From a plasmid: DNA of 64,000 nt. Where the stretch lies: sequence record CP019900.1; one strand, written 5' to 3'. Of the stretch, positions 9,567-19,610 are shown in pieces (position 1 is the stretch's first letter; the number at the start of each line of letters is the position of its first letter). A program made the position numbers and the translations under genes. The notes below the pieces were generated by a model. It saw only the letters and a list, made by a program, of their open reading frames with translations. It did no database searches and was not told the DNA's origin.

Positions 9567-10940
9567 CTACTTCTTCATGCACTTAATTACCGTAGTGCGC
9601 AGGAGAAACCAGGACGGATGATGGGTAACATCCTCATGATGACGATGAGCCCCCAGCGCAGCCTGCAGAAGACTGACTGCTCCAGCGGCCATATTCAGCA
9701 ATGAAGGTGATCCCATATAACCCAGCACTGCCGGTACGGCGAGCAGTGCAGTGTCCTGTATACTCCTGCGCTTCCATATGCTGAGCTTCTGGTGAAGTTC
9801 ATCCAGCCCTTCATCCGCAATACGTTCCTGGAAACGCTGCTGCAGGAGGCGGATCTCATCCGGACCGGACGCGCGCTCCATTTCAACTGCACAGTCACGC
9901 AAAGAACGCCTGAAGGCTGTCACGCTTGGCTCGTAATCGGTACGGATGCGAAAAATATCGTGTAAAGACAGGTCCTGCAGAAAAGGGAGATCAATTTCCA
10001 GCATCCGGCGTGAAAGTCTGCCCGGTTCATCCAGTTTCTGGAGTATTTTGCTCTGGAACGCACAACGAGTGACAAAAGAGGCACCAGCCCTGGATGACTG
10101 GCTGATATCAGTAAGGAGACCGCGATAATGAAAGTACATGCTACGATTTTTGGCTCCGTTTACCCATCGCTCATACCCTTTACGGCTTTCATGTTTACCG
10201 CGGGTGATCCTTGCTATAAACGTCCCGTCTTCGTTTATCCGGACAGGCTGCATTTCCTGATAAATATACGCATTGGTGAAAGGACTAAGGCAATCCCGTA
10301 ATTCCAGCACGATTTCGTCCGGCAATGTTTTTTCTGACACGAACCTGAAATGCCCTTCTTCACCCACTCGCCTGATGCCCCGCACGGAAAGGCTTCGTTC
10401 ATAGAGCTGAGCCACAGCCGGAGGCATCACGCTGTGAAGGAAATGCCGGTCAGGGTTATCATGCAGGAGCTGCATCCTGCGCTGCTGTTCATGCCTTGCT
10501 GATTCACAAGGCGTGAAAGCAATGAAACCGGCCTGAATCAGAAGAAAATTGTCCTTAACAAAACGAATGAATTGCGCAACACCAGTTCTGATATCCCCAA
10601 GCCTGTCGGTTTCTCTGTTATGTACCAGATGATCCATCGCCTGGGATGACTCAACAATTTCAAGCCGTAATGCCGCTTCTTCCAGCGCATCGGTCAGGAT
10701 TATTCGCTCAGCTGACAATAATCCGGGGCGATAAAGGGCTACCTGGTCGTGACGGGCAATCCACAGACTGAGAGGAGAGTGCTCGGGATTATGCCACTCG
10801 ATCCGGAGTACGCTGACTGCGTGGAGATAACGGCTGAGCGCGCCCCTCAGCGCTTCAGCGTCGAGGACAGAATAGTCTGTTGCCAGAAGACCGTTATCCC
10901 ACAGAATACTGTCAGTGAGGGCGGGGAGGTTATTGTACAT
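9567..10940 (-). CDS. Hypothetical 457-aa protein (no recognisable motif), second gene of a GC-rich 2-gene operon
   Basis: Long ORF with 10-bp gap from the upstream gene; no Walker, HNH or PD-ExK motifs seen. Confidence 0.5.
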   Translation of the reverse strand: MYNNLPALTDSILWDNGLLATDYSVLDAEALRGALSRYLHAVSVLRIEWHNPEHSPLSLWIARHDQVALYRPGLLSAERIILTDALEEAALRLEIVESSQAMDHLVHNRETDRLGDIRTGVAQFIRFVKDNFLLIQAGFIAFTPCESARHEQQRRMQLLHDNPDRHFLHSVMPPAVAQLYERSLSVRGIRRVGEEGHFRFVSEKTLPDEIVLELRDCLSPFTNAYIYQEMQPVRINEDGTFIARITRGKHESRKGYERWVNGAKNRSMYFHYRGLLTDISQSSRAGASFVTRCAFQSKILQKLDEPGRLSRRMLEIDLPFLQDLSLHDIFRIRTDYEPSVTAFRRSLRDCAVEMERASGPDEIRLLQQRFQERIADEGLDELHQKLSIWKRRSIQDTALLAVPAVLGYMGSPSLLNMAAGAVSLLQAALGAHRHHEDVTHHPSWFLLRTTVIKCMKK

Positions 10941-10950
10941 GGGAGTCTCC

Positions 10951-12033
10951 TCACAGATCTCCGTACAGGCAGCGCAGTCCGGTCAGGGCCTCCGCCAGCG
11001 TGCCTTCAGCACACCGCGTGGTGAGCTCGCGGACCAGCACCTCAAAGGCCTCCGCTGGTAAAAAAATTCGCAGGCCGTCTATCCCGAAGAATCCCTCCGG
11101 CATCACACTACCCGGCGGGGAGAACATCACGCGCTCCCCCTGATGGCCGTGCGCCAGGGCTTCAGGATAGCAGGCATACAGGCTGAACAGGCCCAGCAGT
11201 TCAGAGAATGCCGCCCAGCCGCAGGGGAACACAAACTCCTTCCCGGTCAGGACCATATGTAGTTTCGGTGTCCTGTACAGCGCGCCCGGACGCTGCCCTG
11301 GCGGGAGCCCGTCGATCTGAATATCGAGGCGCAGCGTGCCGGCTTCAATAGTTTCCGTCACGGCCGGGATGAGCGGGCGCAGCTCCTGCACCAGGGCCTC
11401 GACCTGGGTCTCGGTCCGCTCCAGTCCGCACAGCAGCAGCGGAAAAACTTCCCTCAGTCTGGCCAGGGTGAAACTCCTGGCCAGCACGGAATCCGGAAAA
11501 TCTGTCAGTTCCAGACAGCCACTTTCCAGCGGGCGCAGCAGCTGTTCGGCGGTGGCATGGTCGATGACCGGGCGTAGTCCGGTCAGAAACCGGTCATAGT
11601 CTGCCAGCAGATCCCCGTCGCGCAGCCGGTAGGTTCTCCGCAAATAATGTTCGTCCCGCACCCTGTCCTGTTCCACCTGCCAGGTCAGCAGTTCCCGGAC
11701 GATCTGCAGCAGCGTGCTGAGTGCCGGCCGTGTGACCAGGCGGTGACGTCCGCGCAGGAAACCCTGTCGGGCGCTGACCAGCATGAACCGCAGTTCGTCC
11801 CGGGAGACCGGCTCAAAGGACATGCCGGCGACTATCTTGCGGTACAGCTGCCGGATCGTGGTTTCAGGGTCGGCGATCAGCTGGAAATAACTGTCGCCGG
11901 TAGCGGCCGTTTTCAGACCGTCATCAAGAAAACGTTCAGCGAGGGCATTGACAGAGGTATTTTCGTGGCCGGCACGAATTTTCAGGGCCTCGATCAGTTT
12001 TTTGTGAAAGCGCAGGGTCAGCTGACTCAGCAT
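10951..12033 (-). CDS. Hypothetical 360-aa protein with an N-terminal RHH-like domain (LTLRFHKKLIEALKIRAGHENTSVNALAERFLDDGL)
   Basis: First gene of the operon; RHH beta-alpha-alpha pattern at the N-terminus. Confidence 0.5.
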   Translation of the reverse strand: MLSQLTLRFHKKLIEALKIRAGHENTSVNALAERFLDDGLKTAATGDSYFQLIADPETTIRQLYRKIVAGMSFEPVSRDELRFMLVSARQGFLRGRHRLVTRPALSTLLQIVRELLTWQVEQDRVRDEHYLRRTYRLRDGDLLADYDRFLTGLRPVIDHATAEQLLRPLESGCLELTDFPDSVLARSFTLARLREVFPLLLCGLERTETQVEALVQELRPLIPAVTETIEAGTLRLDIQIDGLPPGQRPGALYRTPKLHMVLTGKEFVFPCGWAAFSELLGLFSLYACYPEALAHGHQGERVMFSPPGSVMPEGFFGIDGLRIFLPAEAFEVLVRELTTRCAEGTLAEALTGLRCLYGDL

Positions 12034-12595
12034 GTGGGCTCCTGTCAGGATGGATGTATTGTATGAATACAGTTACAGTGACTGAAATGAACAGAGATGA
12101 AGTTAATCATGTAATCATTAAGAGGTCAATTTAATGACATGATGTCATTTTTAATGATGTGATTCAGTATTGTTCTTCTTTTTTTCACTGAGATCCGATT
12201 TCTGTGAGTTCCGGATCTCTGCGAACCCCACCGGCGCGCAGCGGCCCGGCAACACAAGATGTAGCGGTTTTTCCAGCTGACAGTGACCCTATATGTTGTG
12301 TCCCTCCCCTGCCCCGTGACCGGCCGCTCACCACCGGAAAAGGGCTGTGTGGTTATTCCCTGACCGTGGTACACTTCCGGAAAGTTGTGATACGCACGAA
12401 AATCGGATCTGCCGGAAACGGCCATCCGGTAATTTACCTGTGTGGCTGTATGCCTGCTTATTATCATCCTTAAAATGATGACGGCATGGGAAAATCATCA
12501 AGGTGACAGATACAGGATTGTGTACGGCTGATTGTGCTGAGTATAATAATTACGTCGAGTGACTATTGAACCGGATACTATTTTTGAGGCGGGGT

Positions 12596-12925
12596 ATGGG
12601 TAAACCAACATTTAGATCATTTATCGATGTGGTCAGGGAGCTTGAGGATGTATATGGCCATAAAGAGCTATGGCTGTATTCAAGAAAGGCATATGCGACG
12701 CCAAAAGAAATGATTCAAGCCAAATATAACTGGAAATCGCCAAAAATCCTGAAACGTAACGGAAGAATGGTTGCAGAACGAATGGATAACTCGGACTCAT
12801 GGCAACTGGTTGGTGACTACAAAGATCCACAGTCACAAGATTGTGCTCCGCCCTGGCAATCCTGCCTGATAGATAAACCATTTATGCTCCTTTACAGCAT
12901 CGTCACTAGAAAGCCAGAGGAATAA
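12596..12925 (+). CDS. Hypothetical 109-aa protein
   Basis: ORF starting MGKPTFRSF with AT-rich upstream region. Confidence 0.4.
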   Translation: MGKPTFRSFIDVVRELEDVYGHKELWLYSRKAYATPKEMIQAKYNWKSPKILKRNGRMVAERMDNSDSWQLVGDYKDPQSQDCAPPWQSCLIDKPFMLLYSIVTRKPEE

Positions 12926-12957
12926 TGGATAGTGGGATTTCTCAATAAGGATCAAAC

Positions 12958-13629
12958 ATGGCTGACTGGTTTATTGCGACTGAGGGCGTGAAGGTGGTGA
13001 AGGACAGTGCCAGCCTGTGGCCGCAGATCGTTACGGCTATTTCCTCTGCCGGCGCAGCCCTGGTGGGTGTTGCTCTCACACACCGTTTTACCCGCAGGCG
13101 TGAAGAAGCTACTGCTGCACGTAAACGTTACGATGAATTGTACTTTATATCTACCGAGCTAGTTTTTCTGCTGGAGCGTTTTGCACAACGCTGTGTTTAT
13201 TCTGCTAATGAATCAGGGGAATATGACCAAGATGGACGTATTAGGATTGAGTATTCTTTACCTGAAATCAATTTCGAGTCCATTACTGGGGACTGGCGTT
13301 CTCTGCCACCAGGATTGATGTACAGACTTGCTGAATTGCCAGTCATCTGCAGGGAAGCCGCGAGTTCTATAAGTGCGGCGTTCAATGAAGATACTCCCTT
13401 CGATGGATCGTATGGAATTTTCGAACTTAACAGGCAGTCTGCAAGACTCGGATTAAAAGCAATACGTTTATCCCGTTGGCTACGTCAGCTATGCGATATG
13501 CCTGGGGACAGGTTGTCTGACGACCGTTGGTCGGCATGGAGTGTTTTGTATCGGAAGCGCTGGGAGCATATTAGGAATAATAACAATGTTTACCGCCGAT
13601 ATAAACGGTTGCCTGATGTTACTGAGTAG
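12958..13629 (+). CDS. Hypothetical 223-aa protein with one N-terminal TM helix
   Basis: SD AAGGA upstream; TM at ~aa 20-42. Confidence 0.45.
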   Translation: MADWFIATEGVKVVKDSASLWPQIVTAISSAGAALVGVALTHRFTRRREEATAARKRYDELYFISTELVFLLERFAQRCVYSANESGEYDQDGRIRIEYSLPEINFESITGDWRSLPPGLMYRLAELPVICREAASSISAAFNEDTPFDGSYGIFELNRQSARLGLKAIRLSRWLRQLCDMPGDRLSDDRWSAWSVLYRKRWEHIRNNNNVYRRYKRLPDVTE

Positions 13630-13648
13630 ATGGCTCAGGAGTTAGACT

Positions 13649-14437
13649 ATGAATAATAATTTCCCGGCGGGTATCAGGGATAACACACGGAACACCTCGA
13701 TGAATCTGCCAGTAGCCATCGATTACCCTGCCGCTCTCGCCCTGCGTCAGATGGCGCTCGTGCAGGATGAACTCCCGAAATACCTGCTGGCGCCGGAAGT
13801 CAGCGCCCTGCTCCATTACGTGCCGGATCTTCACCGCAAGATGCTGCTGGCGACGCTGTGGAACACCGGCGCGCGCATTAATGAAGCGCTCGCGCTGACC
13901 CGGGGGGATTTTTCGCTGGCGCCGCCGTATCCGTTCGTGCAGCTGGCCACGCTCAAGCAGCGCACCGAGAAAGCGGCCAGGACGGCAGGTCGTGCCCCCG
14001 CAGGCAGTCAGGTCCATCGTCTGGTTCCCCTTTCCGATCACCACTACGTCAGCCAGCTGCAGATGATGGTGGCCACCCTGAAAATTCCGCTGGAAAGACG
14101 AAACAAGCGCACCGGCAGAATGGAGAAGGCGCGTATCTGGGAGATCACAGACCGTACCGTGCGCACCTGGCTTAGCGAAGCGGTGGAGGCCGCAGCGGCC
14201 GACGGGGTGACGTTCTCAGTACCGGTTACCCCCCATACGTTCCGTCACTCCTACGCGATGCATATGCTGTATGCCGGCATACCACTGAAGGTTTTGCAGA
14301 GCCTGATGGGCCACAAATCGATTAGCTCGACGGAAGTCTATACGAAGGTGTTCGCACTTGATGTTGCTGCGCGGCATCGAGTTCAGTTTCAGATGCCCGA
14401 AGCGGATGCGGTAGCCATGCTGAAAGGGAATATTTAA
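13649..14437 (+). CDS. Tyrosine recombinase / site-specific integrase (plasmid multimer resolution or integrase type)
   Basis: C-terminal catalytic motifs HTFRHSYAMHML ... LMGHKSISSTEVYT (R-H-R-Y family). Confidence 0.8.
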   Translation: MNNNFPAGIRDNTRNTSMNLPVAIDYPAALALRQMALVQDELPKYLLAPEVSALLHYVPDLHRKMLLATLWNTGARINEALALTRGDFSLAPPYPFVQLATLKQRTEKAARTAGRAPAGSQVHRLVPLSDHHYVSQLQMMVATLKIPLERRNKRTGRMEKARIWEITDRTVRTWLSEAVEAAAADGVTFSVPVTPHTFRHSYAMHMLYAGIPLKVLQSLMGHKSISSTEVYTKVFALDVAARHRVQFQMPEADAVAMLKGNI

Positions 14438-14494
14438 GTACTTAGGAGAATGATGCTGGCGAACATCCTGCTCGCCGGGGAGGTCTGTCAGACG

Positions 14495-14752
14495 TTATCT
14501 GGACCAGCTGACGGGAATATCTGCTCTGTATTCCTCATACTGCTCATAGATCGCATGCTGAAGCATCGTAATACGTTCTGACAACCTGTTGGCGTCCGAC
14601 ATATGCCGCCATTCCCCCTCAATAGTGGTTTTCTGTCCATCCGGGAGATTGAGCGTGATCAATACCTTTGTATCACGAATAATCACCCCGTCAGTGAAAG
14701 AATTAAGACCACTCCTTACGGTATTATCTATCTGTATAGTTTCAAGTTTCAT
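14495..14752 (-). CDS. Hypothetical 85-aa protein
   Basis: Strong SD AGGAGGTAACAAG before MKLETIQ. Confidence 0.5.
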   Translation of the reverse strand: MKLETIQIDNTVRSGLNSFTDGVIIRDTKVLITLNLPDGQKTTIEGEWRHMSDANRLSERITMLQHAIYEQYEEYRADIPVSWSR

Positions 14753-15317
14753 CTTGTTACCTCCTGTTGACCGGATCCCAAGCATAGATATCTGAATTCA
14801 AATTGCCTAGTGAAATGTCTGGATATGCCGCATTTTTCCCCTTATACAGCGAAGCTGGCCAAAGGCCAGCCCGCATGGATTTATCGCTTTTGCCAGTAGA
14901 TCAGCATAGCAAGGAACAGGATTGTTGCCCCCTGAGAAGCGGTCAGGAAAGTTTCCAGCAATGACATTATCGTAAAACTCCGCATTATTAATTTCAGGTG
15001 TGTGATTCAGGGGCCTTAGTCCCCCTTTTACAGGACGTAGTGTTCTGTCACGACGGGAGCCAGGGTTAATAAAAACGATTCGAATATGTCTGCAGGGACG
15101 ATAGAAATCTTCGTGCGGGTTGTCTCGCTGTAGCGGGCTCTGGAGAGCGACTCGGGGGAGGAGTAGTATCTTCCGGCCACGGATATGATCGAGCCAGCAG
15201 TGCTCGCCGCAGTCGAGCGACAGGGCGAAGCCCCGAGTGAGCGAGGAAGCACCAGGGAACAAAACTTATAAATTCTGCTTACGCTCAATGCCTGAAAAAT
15301 CACCTCCCCCTCGGGGT

Positions 15318-15400
15318 TATCCACTTATCCACGCGCATATTTTTATAAAGTACTTTTTTATTCTTTTTCTTTATTTTACATCTTTTAGGGAGCCTAAAAG
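15318..15400. promoter_or_regulatory. oriV elements: tandem DnaA boxes (TTATCCACTTATCCACGCG) followed by a ~60-bp AT-rich tract
   Basis: TTATCCAC consensus repeated; AT-rich 15342-15400. Confidence 0.6.
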
Positions 15401-15548
15401 CCGCGTACAGTGCGGCCTGAGAGGGGGCCTGTATGGGCAACTGGTAAACATAATATGGGAAATTAATCACGTATCAGTGGGTTTTGTGTCAACAAGCTAT
15501 GGGATACGCATCAACAAGCTATGGGAAAGAGGTCAAGTTCAGTTCTCA

Positions 15549-15566
15549 ATTATCCACTTGTGGATA
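15549..15566. promoter_or_regulatory. Inverted pair of DnaA boxes TTATCCACT / TGTGGATAA, plus a partial inverted iteron (AGGTCAAGTTCAG) at 15531-15543, in the repA promoter region
   Basis: Read directly from the sequence; position is just upstream of repA. Confidence 0.5.
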
Positions 15567-15666
15567 AAGTGCAGATTTTTCCGGTGGATAAGTATCGCGA
15601 TAGCTTGCAATTTCTGTTTTCACTGTCATTATGGGTGGGTAAAAATTTACCCATAGGCATTGAAAT

Positions 15667-16387
15667 GGATACTCAAGCACTCTTGCCAGCTACTAAAACG
15701 TTTAAAAAACGCGCCAGTATAAAGCAATCTAACGAATTGACCGAAGCTGCATATTACCTGCCTCTTCAGGCAAAACGTGTGCTGTGGTTATGCCTCATGC
15801 AGGCCTATTTTAATGACAGCCAGGAAGATGACTCTGACGTATTGCCGCTCTTCAAAATCAGCGTTTCCGATTACGTCAAATACTTCAATGTCGCTACGTC
15901 TGTCGCCAGTCGTGATGTGAAGGCTGGGGTAAATGCTCTGGGCGAATCAACGGTTACCTTTTATCCAAAAGAAGGTGAGTTTGAAGAAGTTAAACGTCCG
16001 TGGCTGGCTGAAGCAGGAATGAAGCGAGGCCGGGGTTCCTGGCAGATTGAATTTAACTACAAGGTCATGCCATTCCTGGTAGGCTTAACCTCCCAGTTCA
16101 CTACCTATTCTCTCTATGACTGTGGCCAGCTTAATAGTGTTCGTGTCATCCGGCTTTATGAAAGCCTGTGTCAGTTCCGGAGCACTGGTGTCTGGATCAC
16201 CACACATGACTGGTTATGTGAAAGGTTTATGCTCCCTGCTTCGCAGAAAAACAATATTGCTGAAATGAAGCGTACCTTCCTGGAACCTGCTCTGAAGAAA
16301 ATTAATGAGAAGACGCCATTAAAGGTAACATATACCACTGAAGAAGATGGTCGCTTGCTGTTTAATTTTCTTGATAAAAAACAATAG
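15667..16387 (+). CDS. repA: Rep_3-family iteron-binding replication initiator RepA (RepFIB-like)
   Basis: Similarity to the pSC101/RepFIB initiator family (LTEAAYYLPLQAKRVLWLCLMQ); iterons downstream; start taken at MDTQALLP. Confidence 0.8.
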
Positions 16388-16439
16388 CCTGTAATTTTTA
16401 TTTCCTCCCCCTTAGTTTGTTGCTGACATATGGGGGGAT

Positions 16440-17035
16440 ACTAAACTTGCTGTATTTCCCATAGTGCTTGCCTAACTTGACCTGTTTCCCGCAATCGCGG
16501 CTGTCTGCGTAGTTGACCTGTTTCCCACAGTCCGGGCCGTCTGCGGAGTTGACCTGTTTCCCACAGTCCCGGTCGTCTGCAAAGTTGACCTGTTTCCCAC
16601 AGTCCCGGTCGTCTGCAAAGTTGACCTGTTTCCCACAGTCCGGGCCGTCTGCAAAGTTGACCTGTTTCCCACAGTCCCGGTCGTCTGCAAAGTTGACCTG
16701 TTTCCCACAGTCCGGGCCGTACGCGGAGTTGACCTGTTTCCCACAGTCCCGATCGTCCGAGAAGTTGACCTGTTTCCCATAGTCCGGGCCGTCCGCGAAG
16801 TTGACCTGTTCCCCACACTCCCGGCCGCCCGCGAAGTTGACCTGTTTCCCACAGTCCGGGCCGTCTGCAAAGTTGACCTGTTTCCCACAGTCCCGGCTGC
16901 CCGCGAAGTTGACCTGTTCCCCACACTCCCGGCCGCCCGTGAAGTTGACCTGTTTCCCATAGTCCGGGCCGTCCGCGAAGTTGACCTGTTTCCCATAGTC
17001 CGGAGCGTCCATTAAAGTTGACCTGTTTCCCACAG
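16440..17035. repeat. Iteron array: ~15 tandem 39-bp repeats with core AGTTGACCTGTTTCCCACAGTCC
   Basis: Periodicity of 39 bp, visible as 13-aa repeats in all-frame ORF artifacts. Confidence 0.9.
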
Positions 17036-17426
17036 AGGATGGAAAACTCTTCTTGTGCTGAGCGTAAGAGCTATCTGCCGGAACGGTTCCTCTTCGCTTC
17101 CTCGCCAGTTCGCTCGCTACGCTCGGTTACATGGCTGCGGCGAGCGCTGATACATAAGGCTCAGCATTGCACTGGTCGTAACTAAAATCAGAATCCTTCT
17201 GAATGACCCTCCTGTCTTGCAAGTTGGATACCTTTCTCAAAGCCCTTTTGTATGAGTTGCTGTTGATGGTCAAAAGTGCGTCTGCGTGTTGCTGCAGTGT
17301 GATTTAGTAGCACGCCCGTCGAGCTTCATCCCTCTTCTGTTGAGAGCGAAATCAAAACAATATGATTTTTTGCTTGCAACATGACTCTTTTTGTTCAAAA
17401 TGACAAAAAACGTCATGAGGTGATAA

Positions 17427-18632
17427 ATGGACAATATTGAGCAGTTACGGAAAGTCGCTACACGTGCAGGTAAGCTTCTGACATCTTTGAGCGAAAGTAT
17501 CCGACAGCAAAAAGAGGAATTGAAGCTTACCGAGTTCTATCAGGAATACAGCAAAGCCGCTCTGTATAAGCTGCCTAAGCTCAGTAAAGGCAGTGTTGAG
17601 TATGCTGTGTCCGAAATGGAAGCCGGTGGCTACATTTTTAAAAAGAAACCTTCTGGTAATACGATGAAATACGCGATGACGATTCAGAATGTCATCGATC
17701 TGTATAACCATCGTAAAGTACCGAAGTACAGGGATCGCTTCGATAAAGCCTTTACGATTTTTGTATGTAATCTTAAAGGTGGTGGTTCCAAGACAGTTTC
17801 TACCGCTTCATTATCACATGCTTTTCGAGCTCATCCTCAGCTTCTGTTCGAAGACCTGCGTATTCTGGCCATCGATTTCGATCCGCAGGCATCTCTGACA
17901 ATGTTCCTGAGCCATGAGAATTCAGTGGGCTTGGTTGAAAATACGGCTGCTCAGGCCATGCTCCAGAACGTGTCTCGTGAAGAATTACTTTCCGATTTTA
18001 TAGTACCGTCTATTATCCCTGGTGTTGATGTAATCCCCGCTTCCATTGACGATGCATTCCTTGCTGAAGGCTGGAAGGGATTGTGTGAAGAACATCTGCC
18101 AGGGAAAAATATTCATGCGGTGCTTAAAGAGAACATTATCGACAAGCTCCAGCATGACTACGACTTTATTTTCCTTGATAGTGGTCCTCACCTTGATGCG
18201 TTCCTGAAAAACTGCATTGGGGCGGCAGACCTGATGTTGACCCCTCTTCCACCGGCGACGGTTGATTTTCATTCTTCCCTGAAGTTTGTGGCCAGCCTCC
18301 CTGCCCTCATAGATTCCATCGAAATGGATGGGCACACCTGCAATCTCATCGGTAATGTCGGCTTCATGTCCAAGATCCTGAACAAGTCTGATCACAAAAT
18401 TTGCCATAGTCAGGCCAAAGAGGTTTTCGGTGCCGATATGCTAGACATGGTTCTGCCGAGACTGGATGGTTTCGAACGCTGTGGGGAGACTTTTGACACA
18501 GTTATTTCAGCAAATCCAGCAACCTATGATGGAAGTACTGAGGCACTAAAAAGCGCAAAATCAGCAGCGGAAGACTTTGCGAAGGCAGTCTTTGATCGCA
18601 TCGAGTTCATTCGTACTAACGGAGGTATGTGA
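17427..18632 (+). CDS. parA: Type Ia partition ATPase ParA/SopA
   Basis: Deviant Walker A CNLKGGGSKT; 401 aa with the N-terminal extension typical of SopA. Confidence 0.85.
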   Translation: MDNIEQLRKVATRAGKLLTSLSESIRQQKEELKLTEFYQEYSKAALYKLPKLSKGSVEYAVSEMEAGGYIFKKKPSGNTMKYAMTIQNVIDLYNHRKVPKYRDRFDKAFTIFVCNLKGGGSKTVSTASLSHAFRAHPQLLFEDLRILAIDFDPQASLTMFLSHENSVGLVENTAAQAMLQNVSREELLSDFIVPSIIPGVDVIPASIDDAFLAEGWKGLCEEHLPGKNIHAVLKENIIDKLQHDYDFIFLDSGPHLDAFLKNCIGAADLMLTPLPPATVDFHSSLKFVASLPALIDSIEMDGHTCNLIGNVGFMSKILNKSDHKICHSQAKEVFGADMLDMVLPRLDGFERCGETFDTVISANPATYDGSTEALKSAKSAAEDFAKAVFDRIEFIRTNGGM

Positions 18633-19606
18633 TGTCGAATGAGAAAAGAAAAACCATCGGCAGACAGTTAAATACCCAGGCGTCAATGGCGGAAATGACG
18701 GACACCGGTAGAAGCCAGGTATTTACCTTAAAAACCGGCAGGAAGGTAACGTTCAGGTTTGTTCGGGTGCCTGCATCTGAAGTTGAAAGTAAGACCTTCG
18801 TAAACCAGGAAAACAACGGAAGAGATCAACTTGCACTGACCAGGGAGTCCCTGAAATCCATTATCCAGACGATTAAGTTTCAGCAGTTCTTTCCCTGTAT
18901 TGGTATTAAGCAAAGTGAAAGGATTGAGATACTGGATGGTTCAAGACGGCGAGCCTCAGCAATTTTTGTCCGTACAGGCCTTGATGTAATGGTTACCGAA
19001 GAACATTTATCAGCTGATGAAGCTCGCCAACTGGCTAAAGATATCCAGACAGCTAAAGAACATAATCTTCGGGAGATTGGCCTGAGATTGATCGCTCTTA
19101 AAGAGTCCGGATTTAATCAAAAGGAAATTGCTGAACTGGAGGGGTTATCTCAGGCTAAAGTTACCAGGGCGCTGCAGGCGGCGGCCGTACCGCAAGACTT
19201 GATTTCTCTGTTCCCGGTTCAGTCGGAGCTATCGTTTAGTGACTATAAACTTCTTTTAGAAGTTAATGAAAAACTCAGTGAAAAGGGATTAACGCCTGAA
19301 GAACTCATTCAGTCTGTATCAGCTCAGCTCGATGCAATTTTGAGTGATGGCGAGCGACCAGAAGACGAACAGAAAGCCAGTATTCTGAAGCTGATTTCTC
19401 AGGCATCTCAGGCATTGATAGATCCATCTCCCAAGGAAAAGTCAGTGGTTTCCCCACTCTGGTCTTTTGAAGAAAAGGACAAGTTCGCGCGTAAGCGTGT
19501 GAAAGGGCGCACGCTGACTTATGAGTTTAGCCGTATGTCAAAAGTGATTCAGGATGAACTGGACAAGGCTATCAACGAGGTCCTTGACAGAAATTTGAGT
19601 CAATAA
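18629..19606 (+). CDS. parB: Partition protein ParB/SopB
   Basis: ParB-like domain; overlaps the parA stop by 4 bp. Confidence 0.8.
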   Translation: MMSNEKRKTIGRQLNTQASMAEMTDTGRSQVFTLKTGRKVTFRFVRVPASEVESKTFVNQENNGRDQLALTRESLKSIIQTIKFQQFFPCIGIKQSERIEILDGSRRRASAIFVRTGLDVMVTEEHLSADEARQLAKDIQTAKEHNLREIGLRLIALKESGFNQKEIAELEGLSQAKVTRALQAAAVPQDLISLFPVQSELSFSDYKLLLEVNEKLSEKGLTPEELIQSVSAQLDAILSDGERPEDEQKASILKLISQASQALIDPSPKEKSVVSPLWSFEEKDKFARKRVKGRTLTYEFSRMSKVIQDELDKAINEVLDRNLSQ

Positions 19607-19610
19607 TTTC

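Noticed and set aside
14807-15324. ORFs 14807-15262(-) and 15028-15324(-) between the 85-aa gene and the DnaA boxes
   Set aside because: No SD, and Arg/Pro-rich low-complexity translation. The region is more likely regulatory (origin-proximal). Kept as unresolved rather than called.
16398-17033. Three overlapping minus-strand ORFs (211, 161, 174 aa) and one plus-strand ORF with striking 13-aa peptide repeats
   Set aside because: They are translations of the 39-bp iteron array in different frames, with no start context. A repeat-protein or CRISPR-like reading was considered and rejected: the repeats are contiguous with no spacers and sit where Rep_3 iterons are expected.
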